A stretch of DNA of 64,000 nt. Origin: Macrostomum lignano (Eukaryota). The position numbers and the translations under genes were made by a program. Shown here one piece after another: positions 13,589-26,400 of the stretch. The notes under the pieces are model-generated. The model saw only the letters and a program-made list of their open reading frames with translations. It did not search any database and had not been told where the DNA came from. Positions within the stretch are counted from its first letter, which is position 1. Each line of letters opens with the position of its first letter. The stretch spans positions 186,001 to 250,000 of the forward strand of contig NIVC01001280.1 of the NCBI GenBank assembly GCA_002269645.1, written 5' to 3'.

Positions 13589-15213
13589 ATTATAGACACA
13601 CCAACCATGCCTATAAGTACTCCATATTTTATTTAGTTTTATTTTCCTTTTTTAGATCTATAATTATTTTTTTAATCACTAAAGCCATTTTATACAATTA
13701 TAATCATACCATGACAGGCTATTTTTACTTATAAAATGAAATCTAATAATAGAATATACTAAACCAATATTTTGAATAAAATATTATTTTGTTAAGGATA
13801 TGTTTATATAGTTTCATATAGATTTCAACATTAGTATAAATGCTATTAAACCTTGAATTGCACTTATAGTTATAGTTGAAATAACAGGATTTTGATAGGC
13901 CTATAGAAACTAAAAGGTAAGTCTTATAACATTTTTAATATTTATATTTTGCAGCTAAACCTTTTAGCTAAACCTCTTACAAACATATTTGCTTTTCACT
14001 ATATTAGCAATAAACAAGTTTTGCTAACCTAATTATTAAATATGTTTGACTAGGCCTATCTACCTACTACCATTCATAGAATTTCCTTATTATAAAACTT
14101 CTAGCTATAAACCTATCTAGAATTTCAAAAGAATCGCTAGGAAAATTCCCTGTTATAAATATTTTAAAACTTCATGTCTTTTAATTTATATAATTTCTTG
14201 ATTTTTTTAAAACAACAAAAATTATGGTATTCCTAAACTATATTGCAATAGCGATAACTTCAAGATTTGTATCTAATACAACTAAATAAAATTAGTCTAG
14301 ATATTTTTATTTAGAAAAACACCATATTGAAAAGTGCAGCACATACATGCAATCAAATGAAATAATGAGACTTAAATGAAACTTTTATGAATATGAGTGT
14401 TGCCCGGGAGCCAGTCATTCAAGTACAGAACTAGAATTCCGTAAACATTATACAATGTATTGACAATTATAACATGTAACGACTAAACAAAAGCTTTAGT
14501 TTTTTTGTAACAAAGACAAAAACGTATATATATATTGTTTGTAAATTTAAAAATTAATTTTTTTACTAAAATAATAATAATATTTTGCTTAAAAAGTATG
14601 TAAGGATGCTTTGGAGGCCAGTTGTCGCCCGCACACCTGCAGCTAGCAATATGGACTACTCAAGTCGAAGGACAAGAAACTACGTTAATTCGAAATTTTC
14701 GGGAGACACGTTTTACTGAAGAAAACGATACGGAGAATACAGTTTATCATTCCAGTATACTTTTTTGTTATTATTTTGATAGGGAGACGCGCAGACCTAT
14801 GTTTATCTACAGACGCACTAAGACAGATAGACGGACAGACAGACATAGCCAGACAGACGAACAGACATATGTCAATTGCCTTTCTTTTTCTCGTACAGGC
14901 AGCTCTAATTGATAAATGTATTGATAGAACTTTCCGTTTAGAAAATTAGGATCTAAAGACCACTAGGAAAACTTCGTAGTCTAGTCTTTTATAGTAGTCC
15001 TTGATTAGGATTCTACTATATGTACATGTGTATGTTAATTTTGTATCCTACGAACCAACGACTACGTCATGTGCTCTTGGTCGTTCTTAAGTAGTCTACT
15101 TGATTATAGTCCAGTGATACAATGTCCTGTTGAGTATAAAAATGGCACAACTCGACGATCATTATGTATATCCGTACATGAGTTTTATTAATAAATTTTA
15201 TCATTATGTTACA

Positions 15214-15688
15214 CCAGGTCCGTCGGCAAACTCCATCCCGTGGGCCACATGCCGCCCGCTAAGCCTCTATCCGGGCCTAGTTGGTCCTTTTGAAACTTCA
15301 CAAAGCTATCGCAAGCCCGCTCAAGGTTTGTCGATTGTATGACCATTAACATACAATTCTCTGCAGCTCTCTCCCCTATTTTAATTCTTCGATCTTTTCT
15401 TTCTCTTCTCTCTTCTCCTATCGCTCTCCTCTGATCTCTCTCCTCTCATTTCATCTCCTCTCCTCTCATCTCGATCCTCTCTTCTCTCTCTCCTCCCTCA
15501 TCTTCTCTCTCATCGCAACTCTCATCTCGCCTCTCTCCGCCCAGCTCTTCTGTTATCTCTTTATCTCCTCTTCAATTCTTTTCTCTCACACACTCCCTCT
15601 TCTTTCCACTCTCATCTGGCCCCGCGCAGCAATGATCAGCAGGATTCAATTATATGGCTCTTGAGGTAAGAAAGTTTGCCGATCCCTG
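15214..15688. mobile_element. Non-autonomous hAT (Charlie-like) element carrying a CT-rich tract, older copy
   Basis: Left end caggtccgtcggcaaactcc, right end gtttgccgatccctg. Near-TSD (a/c)tgttaca. Internal CT tract 15363-15615 ends in ctggcccgcgcag, as in the 23948 copy. Confidence 0.7.
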
Positions 15689-16108
15689 CTGTTACAAAAT
15701 TTTACATAGTCAACAACAACAACAGATCGTAAATTTAGCTTTTTAAAATTAAAGCAAGTCTGAGTCTGATCGTAGTCTGAGCACCAGCTAGTCGAACGCC
15801 ATTCGCGTCGGTCGAAGTCCACGTACGAAGACGATCTCGACGGTTATTGCAGACCGGTCTCGGTGCATGGCGGCGCGGATGGTCGCAACCTGCTCTGTGG
15901 TGACATGCCCGATCGGAAGCCGCTCAATCGATCTGAAGACTCAAAAGCACACAGCTCGGGTCGAGGCCACCAACTACGGTGCAGGAGGCGGTTTGCAGTG
16001 CATGCATTGCATTGTGAAATGTGCACTGCTTGTCTGTGTGATCATGTACGTAGTAATGAATTGCAATGAGTGTACGTTTATATGAGTTGGGGTTGTTGTA
16101 CAGTCTTG

Positions 16109-16316
16109 CCCTGGAGACTGACAATGCAAATTAAATGAGATTATAATATATTATATTTTTTGCAGAATAATGCATTTTGAATACATTATGCTGTTTATAA
16201 TGGATTATAAATGCTTTAAAATGCATTACAACCATATAATGCAGTAAAAGCGCATTTTTCTGCAAAAAATATAATATATTATAATCTCATTTAATTTGCA
16301 TTGTCTGTCTCTAGGG
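16109..16316. mobile_element. 208-bp MITE/foldback element
   Basis: Near-perfect TIRs of about 58 bp: ccctggagactgacaatgcaaattaaatgagattataatatattatattttttgcagaa and its reverse complement ending at 16316. No TSD identified. Confidence 0.75.
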
Positions 16317-17750
16317 TGCGCAACCACCAAATATATATAATCAAGCCTGCGTGTCTTAGCGCTTAATTGCAAGACCGATTCGTTCTAGCACATACCTGCA
16401 TGCCTTACAGCATTCAGCAACTTCGCCATGGTTGCACTCCAGCGCGCGATGTCACGTTTGGTGGCTGCATGGATGGTTACTAGAGGCCCTTTTTGGGATC
16501 GAATTACGATCTTGGAGGTGCGCGCCATTGCAGAGTTCGCTTCGCCTCCAAGACTCTGCATGTGCAGTGCTTCCCGAATAAAAATTATTGACTAAAAAGT
16601 CATCTTCGAAGCTTGCACAATATGACTGTTAATCAACTTTTAGTCAAAAAATTTAGGGTTGTTCAACAGGCGGGTTGATGGCGGATGGCAGATCGAGGGG
16701 TTATAGCTATAGTAGATCGGGCAGCTTCAGGACCCTGCTGGTGAGGGGGCCGAATGGAATCGACCCCCGAGCGCTATAAAAACGATCACATGGCCGTCTT
16801 CGAGGCCCGCAGCCAACTTCCTCAGGCCGAGTCATGATTGGCAGGGGCGAAATGGCCGTATCGCGCGGTAACAGCTGAGCCGGCTAGAGCAGGTCGAGCG
16901 TTGAGTACGTCGCGCTGTAATTAACTTGCGATGCTAAGATGCTGGCTTTGCGGTGCTGGATGGAGTCCGCGCCAGAAACCGCGCTGGGCCTCCTGCTGCT
17001 GGCCCACCGGCCGTCAGCTGGTTTGATGGCCCGCCAATTAAGTGCAGCAGTGTGGCGGCAGTTGCTATAGTTCTTCCCTCTACACATGCTGCTTGATTCT
17101 TCCATGCAGCTGATCTCGGTCCGCTGGGCATATGTGCCCAAGTTTATGGCCGCCAACCGCGGGTCCTAGCTCCTGCAAGAGGACCACATACAACATTTTA
17201 TACAGTGGTCCTTGCTCCTGCAGCCTCGATCCACGTGTGACTGAGGGTGCAAGATCTTAAAGGTGGCGAGCCAAAGCTGGGGCATGGGCCAGTATGGTGA
17301 TCGACTTGTCTCTCGGTCCGTTTCGCTGGCACGTGCATAGAGCCAGCTCACTTCGCCGTCCCTTGCGGAGGTGGTCGACCATGCAATTTTCCACGCTGCT
17401 GGGCGTGAAAAGTATAGCCAACTGAAACGTCACACTACACAGGAGACAGTACAAGGGACCGAGGAACAGTCGCACAAAAACAAACGTCTACGTTGAGTTG
17501 ATTGATTTAATATTTAAGTATTTTTAAGCCATCTGCCTAGAGGGTCAGATTCGAATGTACATCGTTACTAACGACTTTGTCGATGACTTGGCTTCCATGG
17601 CAACTGATATATTTAAATTGGCCTTAATATTCCATCAATTCTGGATTCGACGCAAACTATTGTGTTATCGATATCGACGAGGTCATATCTTTGACTTTGG
17701 ATGTCTGGTCCTCGTAATCTGTTTCTTATTATTAAGTTTTAAGACTAAAA

Positions 17751-17811
17751 ATGAGTCGTCAGGTGCTTGAGCCCATTAGAGATATCGGAAGGATTAGTTT
17801 GACCCACGATG
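17751..17811 (+). CDS. Putative first coding exon of the CSPP1/CCDC66-like gene (MSRQVLEPIRDIGRISLTHD)
   Basis: ATG in aaaaATGa context, open frame, strong G|GTAAGT donor in phase 1 that is compatible with the phase-1 exon at 23443. No homology support. Confidence 0.45.
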
Positions 17812-18773
17812 GTAAGTATATAATTTTTAAATAAATGCTAAGCTAATTCATTTCAGCCACCTAGATTAAATACACCGAGACCGAGGTAAAGACCGAAACT
17901 ATCAAGCCCATGGCTTCTATTTTTATCCACCCTTGATTTTTTAGTGCTAAAATGAATTATTTATAAAAAATCTTTTATAATATATTCTACAATTTGGGCA
18001 GATCGTGGCTTTTAAAGTTTAATCAATAGGCGCATAATCCACAGAATTTCATAAAAAATTGATCTTTTCTCGTACCCATACTCGATCGATATAATTTTCA
18101 GAGATAATTCTAATTTAAACGAAAGGTTTTTACTATTCTGAAATTTCAATACAAAAGTGTTTCAAGTTTTTTTATTGTGACAAATATTTTGTGCATTTTT
18201 TTGTCCTGTTTTCTTTGTGTAGCATAAAAGCAACGTCTTTAATATCCTTAGTTTTATAGTGAACAAAAAGTAAGATGTTATAATTATGTGATTTCCATAT
18301 ACTAAAAATGAAAATATTGCTTGTTTGTGCGCAATCTAAGCATTTTCTAAACATTTTAAGTTTTATAATAGTAACAAGCATCAGATCTAGGGAAGTGTTT
18401 TTAGAGAACATTGGAGAATCATTTATTTATATATTATATTGCTAATGATTGCCAATTTCCATGTGTACTTCCATATACTAAAAATGGTCTAGTCTGTCAG
18501 TGTATTTCTAGCTTTTTGAACAAGCCAGCAAACTTAATATTCAGATAAATTGTTCATGCTTACTCATTTTTTACAATTAAAGAGAGATAGATGGAAAGAA
18601 AAAAGTTGAATACTATGTATACTACTCCAGATTTTTATACGCTTATTGCTATTTCATTTGAAGTATTTTTTGTTATCTGTTGTGAGTCTTTAACAACACT
18701 CTGGATTCCAAGACTGAAGTTGAAGTATAAATTTATATTATAACATTGCATGTTGCAGACTAAGTTAGAGTTA

Positions 18774-21700
18774 TGTAACGAAAGGGTCTATATTCTAGAA
18801 TCTAGATTGAGCATGTCGAGTTATAGCGAATAAGACGATGCAATATGCAATAACGGTACTTCCGACTATTTGGGCTTGCCAGCCGTAGTCCATCTCTTCG
18901 AGTATCCTATATAAGTAGCTCGTATATATTTGTGGGCCAGTGCCCCTGCCTGGTAAACTAAAATTAGGATATAATATGAATATTAGTGCGTGCGCACTAA
19001 CATCCGACATCCCCCTAAAGTTCGAAGCACCCCAGTCAGGTAAACTAACAGTCCCCAATCATAGTTGAAGTCGATCCGGTGGTTGTCTAGCTGCGCCGCT
19101 GTGGGTAACGTCTAGCCTGAGTGTCCGTCTCAACTATGCCACCGATGGTGTCAGCAGGGTTGATGATCTCGCTGTCTATCGGTACTCCAATGACCTTGTC
19201 TGGTATCTCAGCAATTGTCGGGGTCGTCGCATCGGAGAGTTCTGGCGATGACATGACCTCGGCATCGGGAAGCGAATTTGTCAACAGCTGATCAATGTGC
19301 CGTCGGTGGATGGTGCCATCAGCTTCAACAGTGCAGTTGCGCGCGCCTGCAGATCGCACGGTGCTTTCGGTCCAACTGGTGCCTCCATCGGTCCTGGTGA
19401 TCGAGCTAAAACTGCGCAGAAGCACTTTACCGCCGGTTTGGAAGTCGCGCGCCTGCGGTTGGTGCTCCACCTCCTGATAATGACGTTGTTGCATGCTGTC
19501 CGTCAGCAATGGCATCAGCAGGTCCAACCGACTGAGCAATTTTCTTCCAATGAGCAGCTGGCTAGGGGCCGATCCGGTGATGGAGTGCAGCGTGTTGCAG
19601 TAGGTCAACATCTGCTGCAGAGAGGCATCTGAGTGCCCACTCTTGACCAGGTGCCGCTTGAGCACTTGGACAAATTTTTCCGCCTGGCCGTTCATGCCGG
19701 GTGAAACGGCGCAGAGAAGACGTGACGGATGCCGTTACGTCTAGTGAATTTAACGAACTCCTCAGATGTGAACTGCGTGGCGTTGTCGGAAACTAGTAAC
19801 CAGGGGATACCCAGTCTGGCGAAGAAATCGCGGAGCCACTCAATGATAGCTGTAGACGTGACGCTGTGCACCTGAAGAACCCCCGGCCACTTGGCTATAG
19901 GCATCCACGATCACCAGGTAGGTGTGACCGTCGATAGGGCCTGCGAAGTCCAGGTGCAGCCTCGCCCATGGTTCAGCCGGAAACGGCCATGGCTTCATTG
20001 GTGCCTTGGGCGGGTCGGCCTGGTTGAGCATGCAACGTTTCGGTTGAGCACGTCTCGAGTTGCTTGTCCAGGCCTGGCCACCAGACGTAGCTGCGGGCCA
20101 GCGCTCAAATGCTGTTGATTTTGGGGTGCGCCTGGTGCAGCTCGTCCTTGCCGCAGGGCCGTCGGGACCACAACGCGGGTGCCCCATAGCACGCAGCCCT
20201 GCTCGGCGCTCAACTCGTCGCTACGCCTGGTGAGTCGATGAGATCCGCGCCGGTCATGGGCACACCGGCCTGCAGACAGCGCAGCATGCGGCCGAGGACG
20301 GCGTCTGTTCGGGTTTGCCGCGCTATTGCCTTAGCCGTGATGGCGAATCTAATCTCCTCGTTTAGCAGCAGGGCGTTCACGGCCGGCCGGCTCCTCCTCA
20401 ACTGTCTTGCCAGCGGCAGGCGGGAGAGCGAATCGCAGTTGGCGTGCTGGCTTGTCGGCCGGAACTCCAGCAAGTAGTCGTAGCCCGCCAAGCCGATCGC
20501 CTAGCACTGCATGCAAGCCACCGCGTGTTCCGGGATGCCCTTTTGCTCCCCTAGTAATTCCAGGAGCGGCCTGTGGTCGTTCACGATGACGAACTTTCGG
20601 CCTTGAAGAAACTTTTGGAAGGGTTAGAGACTGAACATAATCGCTAACGCTTTCTTGTCCAGCTGCAAGTAGCCCTTCTGAGATGTAGTCAAGCTGCGGC
20701 TGGCAAAGGCGATGAGCCGGTCCTCGCCATCCACGCAATGCTTCAGCACCACGCCCAGTCCGTAGGGGCTGGCGTCGCACTCCAGTCGCGGCGGCAGCTT
20801 AGCATCATAGTTAATGAGCACCGGAGACTCCAGCAGGAGACGCTTGGACTTCTCGAAGGTCTGATGTTGAGGTCCTTCCCAAGTCCAACGTGTGTTCTTC
20901 GTCAGAAGCTGGTTTAACGGAGCGACAACCGTAGACAGATTAGGCAAGAACAACTTGCCGTAGTGCGTCAGCATTGCCCAGGTAAGCTCGGAGCTGGCTG
21001 CAGTCTGTGAGTGGCCGCACATTCTGCACCGCCGTTACCTTCTCAGCCAGCGGCTGGAGTCCGTTGCTGTCGATTCAATGGCCCAGTTACTCAACATAGT
21101 CACGGAAGAACTCGCATTTTTCACTGTTTAGCCGCAGTCCCGCCTCTTGCAGGCGTTGAAGTACCTTTACCAGATTCTGGTGATGATGATGTATAGTATT
21201 TCCTGTTACCAGGATATTGTAAACAAATACAACATGAACTTGAACCGACTCTAAGTCTCCGAGCAGCGAGGCGAGTGTGCACTGGAACACGGTGCTGGCG
21301 CAGTTGATTCCGAACGGCACGCGATTCAGCTGGAATAGACCGCGCTGCGTGTTGATGGTCAAATAGGCCCTGTTTTCCTCGGATAGCGGCAGTTGCAGAA
21401 AAGCATTGGACATGTCCAGCTTGGACCACTTGCACGCCAAAGCTTGACAAATAGGTCCTCGATGCGCGGCGATGGGTATAGCTCTGGCCTGGGCTCGGCG
21501 TTGTAAGTCAGCTTGTAGTCGCCGCAGATTCTCACCGTGCCGTTTTTCTTGTTTGCACTGCTGCCGACTGAGAACACCCGCAGCTGGCACACGCCCCCGC
21601 TGCCCAACTTGCCTGGGTGACTCTGGCCGGAAACTCTTGGCTGTTTTCGCTGACCTTTGGACGCCGGCCTCTTGGAGGACCGCAGGTGGGCCATCGGTTC

Positions 21701-21870
21701 CGCTTTATGCGCCATCTCAGTAGAGTTTGTCTCGGCTGCTTCAAGAGCGTTGACCTTGGAAATCAGAGCTTGGAGGTCTGGCTTTTTAATTTCTAAAAGC
21801 TTGGCACGGTGAAAAATAATATGTATAATATGTCCAGAAGTTGCTAGTTCGTACATCCTCCTTCCAGAAG
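18774..21870 (-). mobile_element. Degenerate Gypsy (Mag-like) LTR retrotransposon: gag remnant, RT, RNase H, integrase and probable 3' LTR (18774-19009)
   Basis: RT (ICGDYKLT, KLDMSNAFLQ, RVPFGI), RNase H (LECDASPYGLGVVL, IAFASRSLT), integrase (WARLHLDFAGP, LVSDNATQFTS, PFHPAMNGQAEKFVQ). Many frameshifts and no protease. A PPT-like AGGGGG precedes TGTCGG at 19009. No matching 5' LTR was found. Confidence 0.85.
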
Positions 21871-22339
21871 ATGGTAACAGCGCCAAACACGCGTAGACTA
21901 GGAATATGCTAGTAAACCTTATCAATTAAAACCACTTGTCTACGACAGAATTCCTTCACCACAACTCTATCTTACCAAATGGCAAGCAATACATGCCATA
22001 GACAATTTATATCAGCGCTGTACACTTCAAATTTCAAAACAGTTGATACATTATGCACAGGCAAGAAAACTCTTTCTCAACAGGAGAAGTGGCATCTTTG
22101 ACTGGAGAATAGTCTATGGCCAACCTAGAAAAATTTCAAGAGAGAGAAAATACAGGCATGAAAAGTTAAATACAAGAATTTTTACTCATGCCTCCTTAGC
22201 TCACCACCCTAGCTTACAATGTAAGCGGTCAGGCAGCGACGACAAGCAGCCAAGCAAGCCTTGCGAAACTTGGGCCTCGACTGCGAGTCGAGCGATGAGT
22301 GAGCGATGAGTCGAGCAATGACTCATTTGTCACTGCTGA

Positions 22340-22613
22340 GAGCAAGGGAGAGGACGGTGGCGAAAATCAAGCAGGCAACGATGGACCGGAGGAAGACGAT
22401 CAGGGAATGATGCACGATGATTGGAGATCAGTAACTCCAGGGACTGATGCTCGAGCTACGAGCTCGTAATTCTCTTCCCGAGTTCCTCGAGGCAGCTTCC
22501 TCGAGTCGCTATGACTGTCTTGACTTCAAAGCTGATGATCCCTTGTGCAAGATCAGGCCGTTCCTAGACATGGTCTAGACAGTTTGCAAGAACAGCTACC
22601 TGCCCGGTCAAAG
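22340..22613 (+). mobile_element. piggyBac (PGBD-like) transposase remnant
   Basis: An acidic N-terminal stretch is followed by DDPLCKIRPFLDMV*TVCKNSYLPGQS, resembling the piggyBac D.L.KIRP....... Y.PG..LSVDE motif. Truncated. Confidence 0.55.
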
Positions 22614-22619
22614 CCGGTT

Positions 22620-23155
22620 CACAGGTCTTTGGTTAACTCTTTGGTTAACCGGGTACTGCGTGGTGGTGTGGAGCAGCAGCTCGGTGTTGCAATATAATCA
22701 GTATGACAATATAAACAGTTTTTTGGCCTTGGCATGCATAGCATTCCACCTGGTTGAGTCAGACAATGATTCCGTCTAAACTCGCTTTCCCATCGACTTC
22801 AAATCTGTCTATGGTCAGTCGACAGAATGAACGATGGCATGCACAGCATGCCACTGGTAATCATAAGGTTATGAAGCACTTTGAGCCATTGAGACTCGCC
22901 GACAGCTAGGTCCTCAGTTGACGGCACAGGATAGCGGTCTGCAATCACCGCCTTGTTAACCTGTTGCAGATCCACGCAAAATCGAACTTGATTTGGCTCC
23001 AATTGCATCATGACCTTGTTACTGATCCCATAGAAGGCGCTGACCTTTTCGTTGATGCCCTGTCGCTCCATTTGACTAATTTCTGATGCCAACTGTTCCT
23101 TCAGGGCGATCAGAATTTTCCACATTGGATGTGATACCAGCTTGACTGAGGCATC
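22620..23155 (-). mobile_element. Second Gypsy RT/RNase H remnant
   Basis: IDASVKLVSHP.WKI.IALKEQLASEISQMERQGINEKVS...RFCVDLQQVNKAVIADRYPVPSTEDL, which is the Gypsy RT N-terminus. Confidence 0.65.
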
Positions 23156-23442
23156 AATTTATAATAGTATTAGTATCATGCTACTAAATATGATAGTATT
23201 TGTGCTCGATTCTACAGACCCTTAACAAATGATGCATATATTGTTTCTCTTTGAAATAGACCCAATACAATAGTACTTAAAATATAGTTTAAAAAACTAA
23301 GTACGAGTGTTCAGTAAGAATGTAACTACCAGATACTTAATATAACAACAAAATAATTTTTGGTTGGGCCTAAGCATTGTTGGAGCATTAAGCATTGTAA
23401 CTAATTAGTGGTTATTCATTTTCTGACTGGTTAAATTTTCAG

Positions 23443-26400
23443 ACACCCCAGGCAGAGACCCATACAATCCCACATCAAGCCAGCCAGCTATTGGTGATGC
23501 CCGTTTTCAAGGCTACCCAACCCAGCTGATGCAGAAGCCACGCATGCCTCTGACTGTGCCCAGTTCAAAAGCATCCCAAAAGGATGACTGTAATTTTTCT
23601 TTCTTTTATCAAAGTTCATTCATTCTTTGTAATAATGTGGTTTGAACAATTTAATATTTTAATATTGCACTTTGATAAATGGCGTATTTGGAAATTTATT
23701 CTAACATATCCAACCCTTCTAATGGCAATCTTTGTGAACGCATTGCTCAGTAAAACCACTGGAAATTGGTATATAAATATAGCCTTTTTCATTTACTAAC
23801 TAGGCTTGCAGTCTACTAAGAGTGAGTGATTTGGTTTGAAAAATAACGCTAATACGAGCTACGAGCATTTAACACAATGCACAGAATTCAGCGTATGAAT
23901 GAATCCAATGAACCCAATGTAGGAATCCTGAAGCCATTGCATGAGACCAGGGGTCGGCAAACTCCGGCCCACGACGCCTCTCATATCCGGTCGTCGGGTC
24001 CATTGAAACTTCAAAATAGCAACGCGGCCTAAATAGCAATAAAGTAGCAATAAATAGGTTTGTTTATGCTTCTTCTCAGCTCTCTTCTCTCTTCTCTCCT
24101 CTCCTCTCTCCTCCATCTTCTCTTCTCGCCTCTCTATTTTCTTCTCTTCTATCTTCTCTTCTTTCTCCTCCCCTCTTCTTTCTCCTCTCCTCTCTCCTCA
24201 TCTCTCCTGTCCTGTCTCCTCTCTCCTCATCTCTCCTGTCCTGTCTCCTCTCTCGTCTCTCCTCTCCTCTCTCCTCATCTCTCCTGTCATCTCTTCTCTT
24301 TCATCTCCTATTTCGTCTCTCCTCTCTTCTCCTTTATTCCCTCTTATTCTTTCTCCTACGTCTCTTCTCTCTTTTCTCTTCCCTCTCCTCTCTCTGCCCT
24401 GGCGCGCAGGTTGCCCTGAGGTTGCCAACCCCTGCATGAGACTAATAGTAAATGAATTTAAGTTCATCTTGTGTATTTTTGCTCCTGCTTTCATTTTTAC
24501 GTACTTCCAGTTAAAACGTTTCCCTTTCGCTCACTCTATTCTTTTAGGTTTGTTGTAACCAATTTTTATAGTAGCTGCTCATAAGAGCAAAGCTGCAATT
24601 GGATGCTTACTCGTACTAATACTAGCAGAACTTTCTTGATTTTGTATGCATCCTTTCCCATGTGAAAAGTAAAGCATGTACCAGCAATTGCTCTTCGTTT
24701 AGCAATCGGATGAGACAAGTCAGTTTCATTTCGCTTACTGTCCCGCAAAAATTAAAAATAACAGGCCGAATACGCAGCCAATGAAGAGAGACTCCAGTGT
24801 TGCAGCGCCTCTGCATCAAAGTGTATAGCTTATTAATACAATCTATAGCTTTTAGTGAAGTAGCAGTATGAGGTGTCATAGTTGATTTACGAGCGTGTAT
24901 TACACTCGTACGAGCAAACTCTCACCTGTCTGTTTGATTACATGTACTCGCACATTTTCAGGAAAATTTATAGTCACTGATGATAGTTCAGTTGTTTGAC
25001 AAAGTAAAAGTAAATTTTACGTGGCAATAAGCGAAAGGGACACCCCGCTCGATTAACATGTGTTTAGGACTACACAATATTGTTGCTGAAGCGAAGGTCG
25101 CCCTGTGAGGCTACAAGAGCTAGGGGAGGTTCAAGGACAGAAGAGACAAAGAGAAAAGGGTATTCAATTCAGCCTAAATTATGATTAGTATATAATTAGT
25201 ATATTTGGATTTGCAGCATACAAGCTAGTACAATGATTGCTAAGTTTCCTAGCATAGTAAAATTGACAAGCATGAGCTATACGAGTCCGTTTCTATCTTT
25301 ACCAAGAAAGTGAATTTAAACTACTCTAAACTGCTTCAGACCAGCAGCACCACCAACAGCTGAAAAAGGAGGAATCGCTGAGTCAGTTACTGAATCCGCC
25401 TATCAGCACCGACAGGCCATTGGGATTTGATCGCAACCAGTAAGTTCTCGTTAAACTCCCGTGACAGAGCAGTAATCACCTGCGGCTCTGGAAGCAACTA
25501 TTTGGTTTTGCTCAAATTCTTTCATAATCGCATGTTGTGTGTTAACTACGCAACATGGTCGATTGTATTTCGATTGTACTTCCTACATGGATACAATAGC
25601 AAGTAAAATAAATTTTGGTCATTACTCCAATATTGCTCCCAAATGCACCCCATGTACAAATTTCATCACGTGACTGCTTTCTCTTACTTATTATCAAGCC
25701 CCCTCCTTATCATTGTATAAGCGTAAAATAAGCATGGAATATGGTCAATAAGTCCCGAATACAGGTAGACTGTATAGTATGAAGCTGAGTTGAATAGTGT
25801 CGGAAATATGAGCGCGCGTCCCGCACGCGTCTTCCGGCGATTGTTCAATAAAGTTACATACTAAATAAGTGTACTTTTTTAGTTTGTACTTTGTATACGT
25901 ACAATTGTACACTTGTACAATTGTACACTTTGCCCAGATGGCAGGTCTAACTGGGCGCTCTTTCATAATCAGATGCTTTTCTTCCTCAATTCTGCACGGT
26001 TACTATGATGTTCGTTTTTCTTGATTTTCTTTACTTTTCAGGCCAGCGGTGCCATCGCTAAAGCGCGGAAAAGGTGTGAATCCATATCTGAGGTGAGTTC
26101 TTTTCATTTGATCCTCCATAATTAAGCCTTGAATAACTGCGCTGAAAATGCAATGCAACTCCAAATCCCTTGCCCGTGTGGACAGCCATGGCAGGCAGCT
26201 GACTCATTCGATTATACAGGTGATCTTCGGACTTAAATATTTTTAAAGCAAGGTAATTTAAAGCAAAGGGTTTCTTCATCACAATGCACAGAATATTTCT
26301 TCTTATTTTACATTACTTTAATCTATTTATCTGCTCACTAAAAGCGCAGCTAACGAATCTCTTCCCATTGCACTTTGTGCACGGATTCTGTGGCACATTT

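Noticed and set aside
15629-15670. Apparent exon (cag...ATGGCTCTTGAG|gtaag) after a long pyrimidine tract
   Set aside because: It lies inside a hAT MITE, and no compatible downstream exon or homology supports it.
16700-17470. GC-rich stretch with a HKLGHIC knuckle-like word
   Set aside because: It may be a decayed gag, but no second diagnostic motif or element boundary could be found.
17857-17885. Possible micro-exon (PPRLNTPRP) of the CSPP1-like gene
   Set aside because: It is phase-incompatible with the 17751 exon and gives a stop codon.
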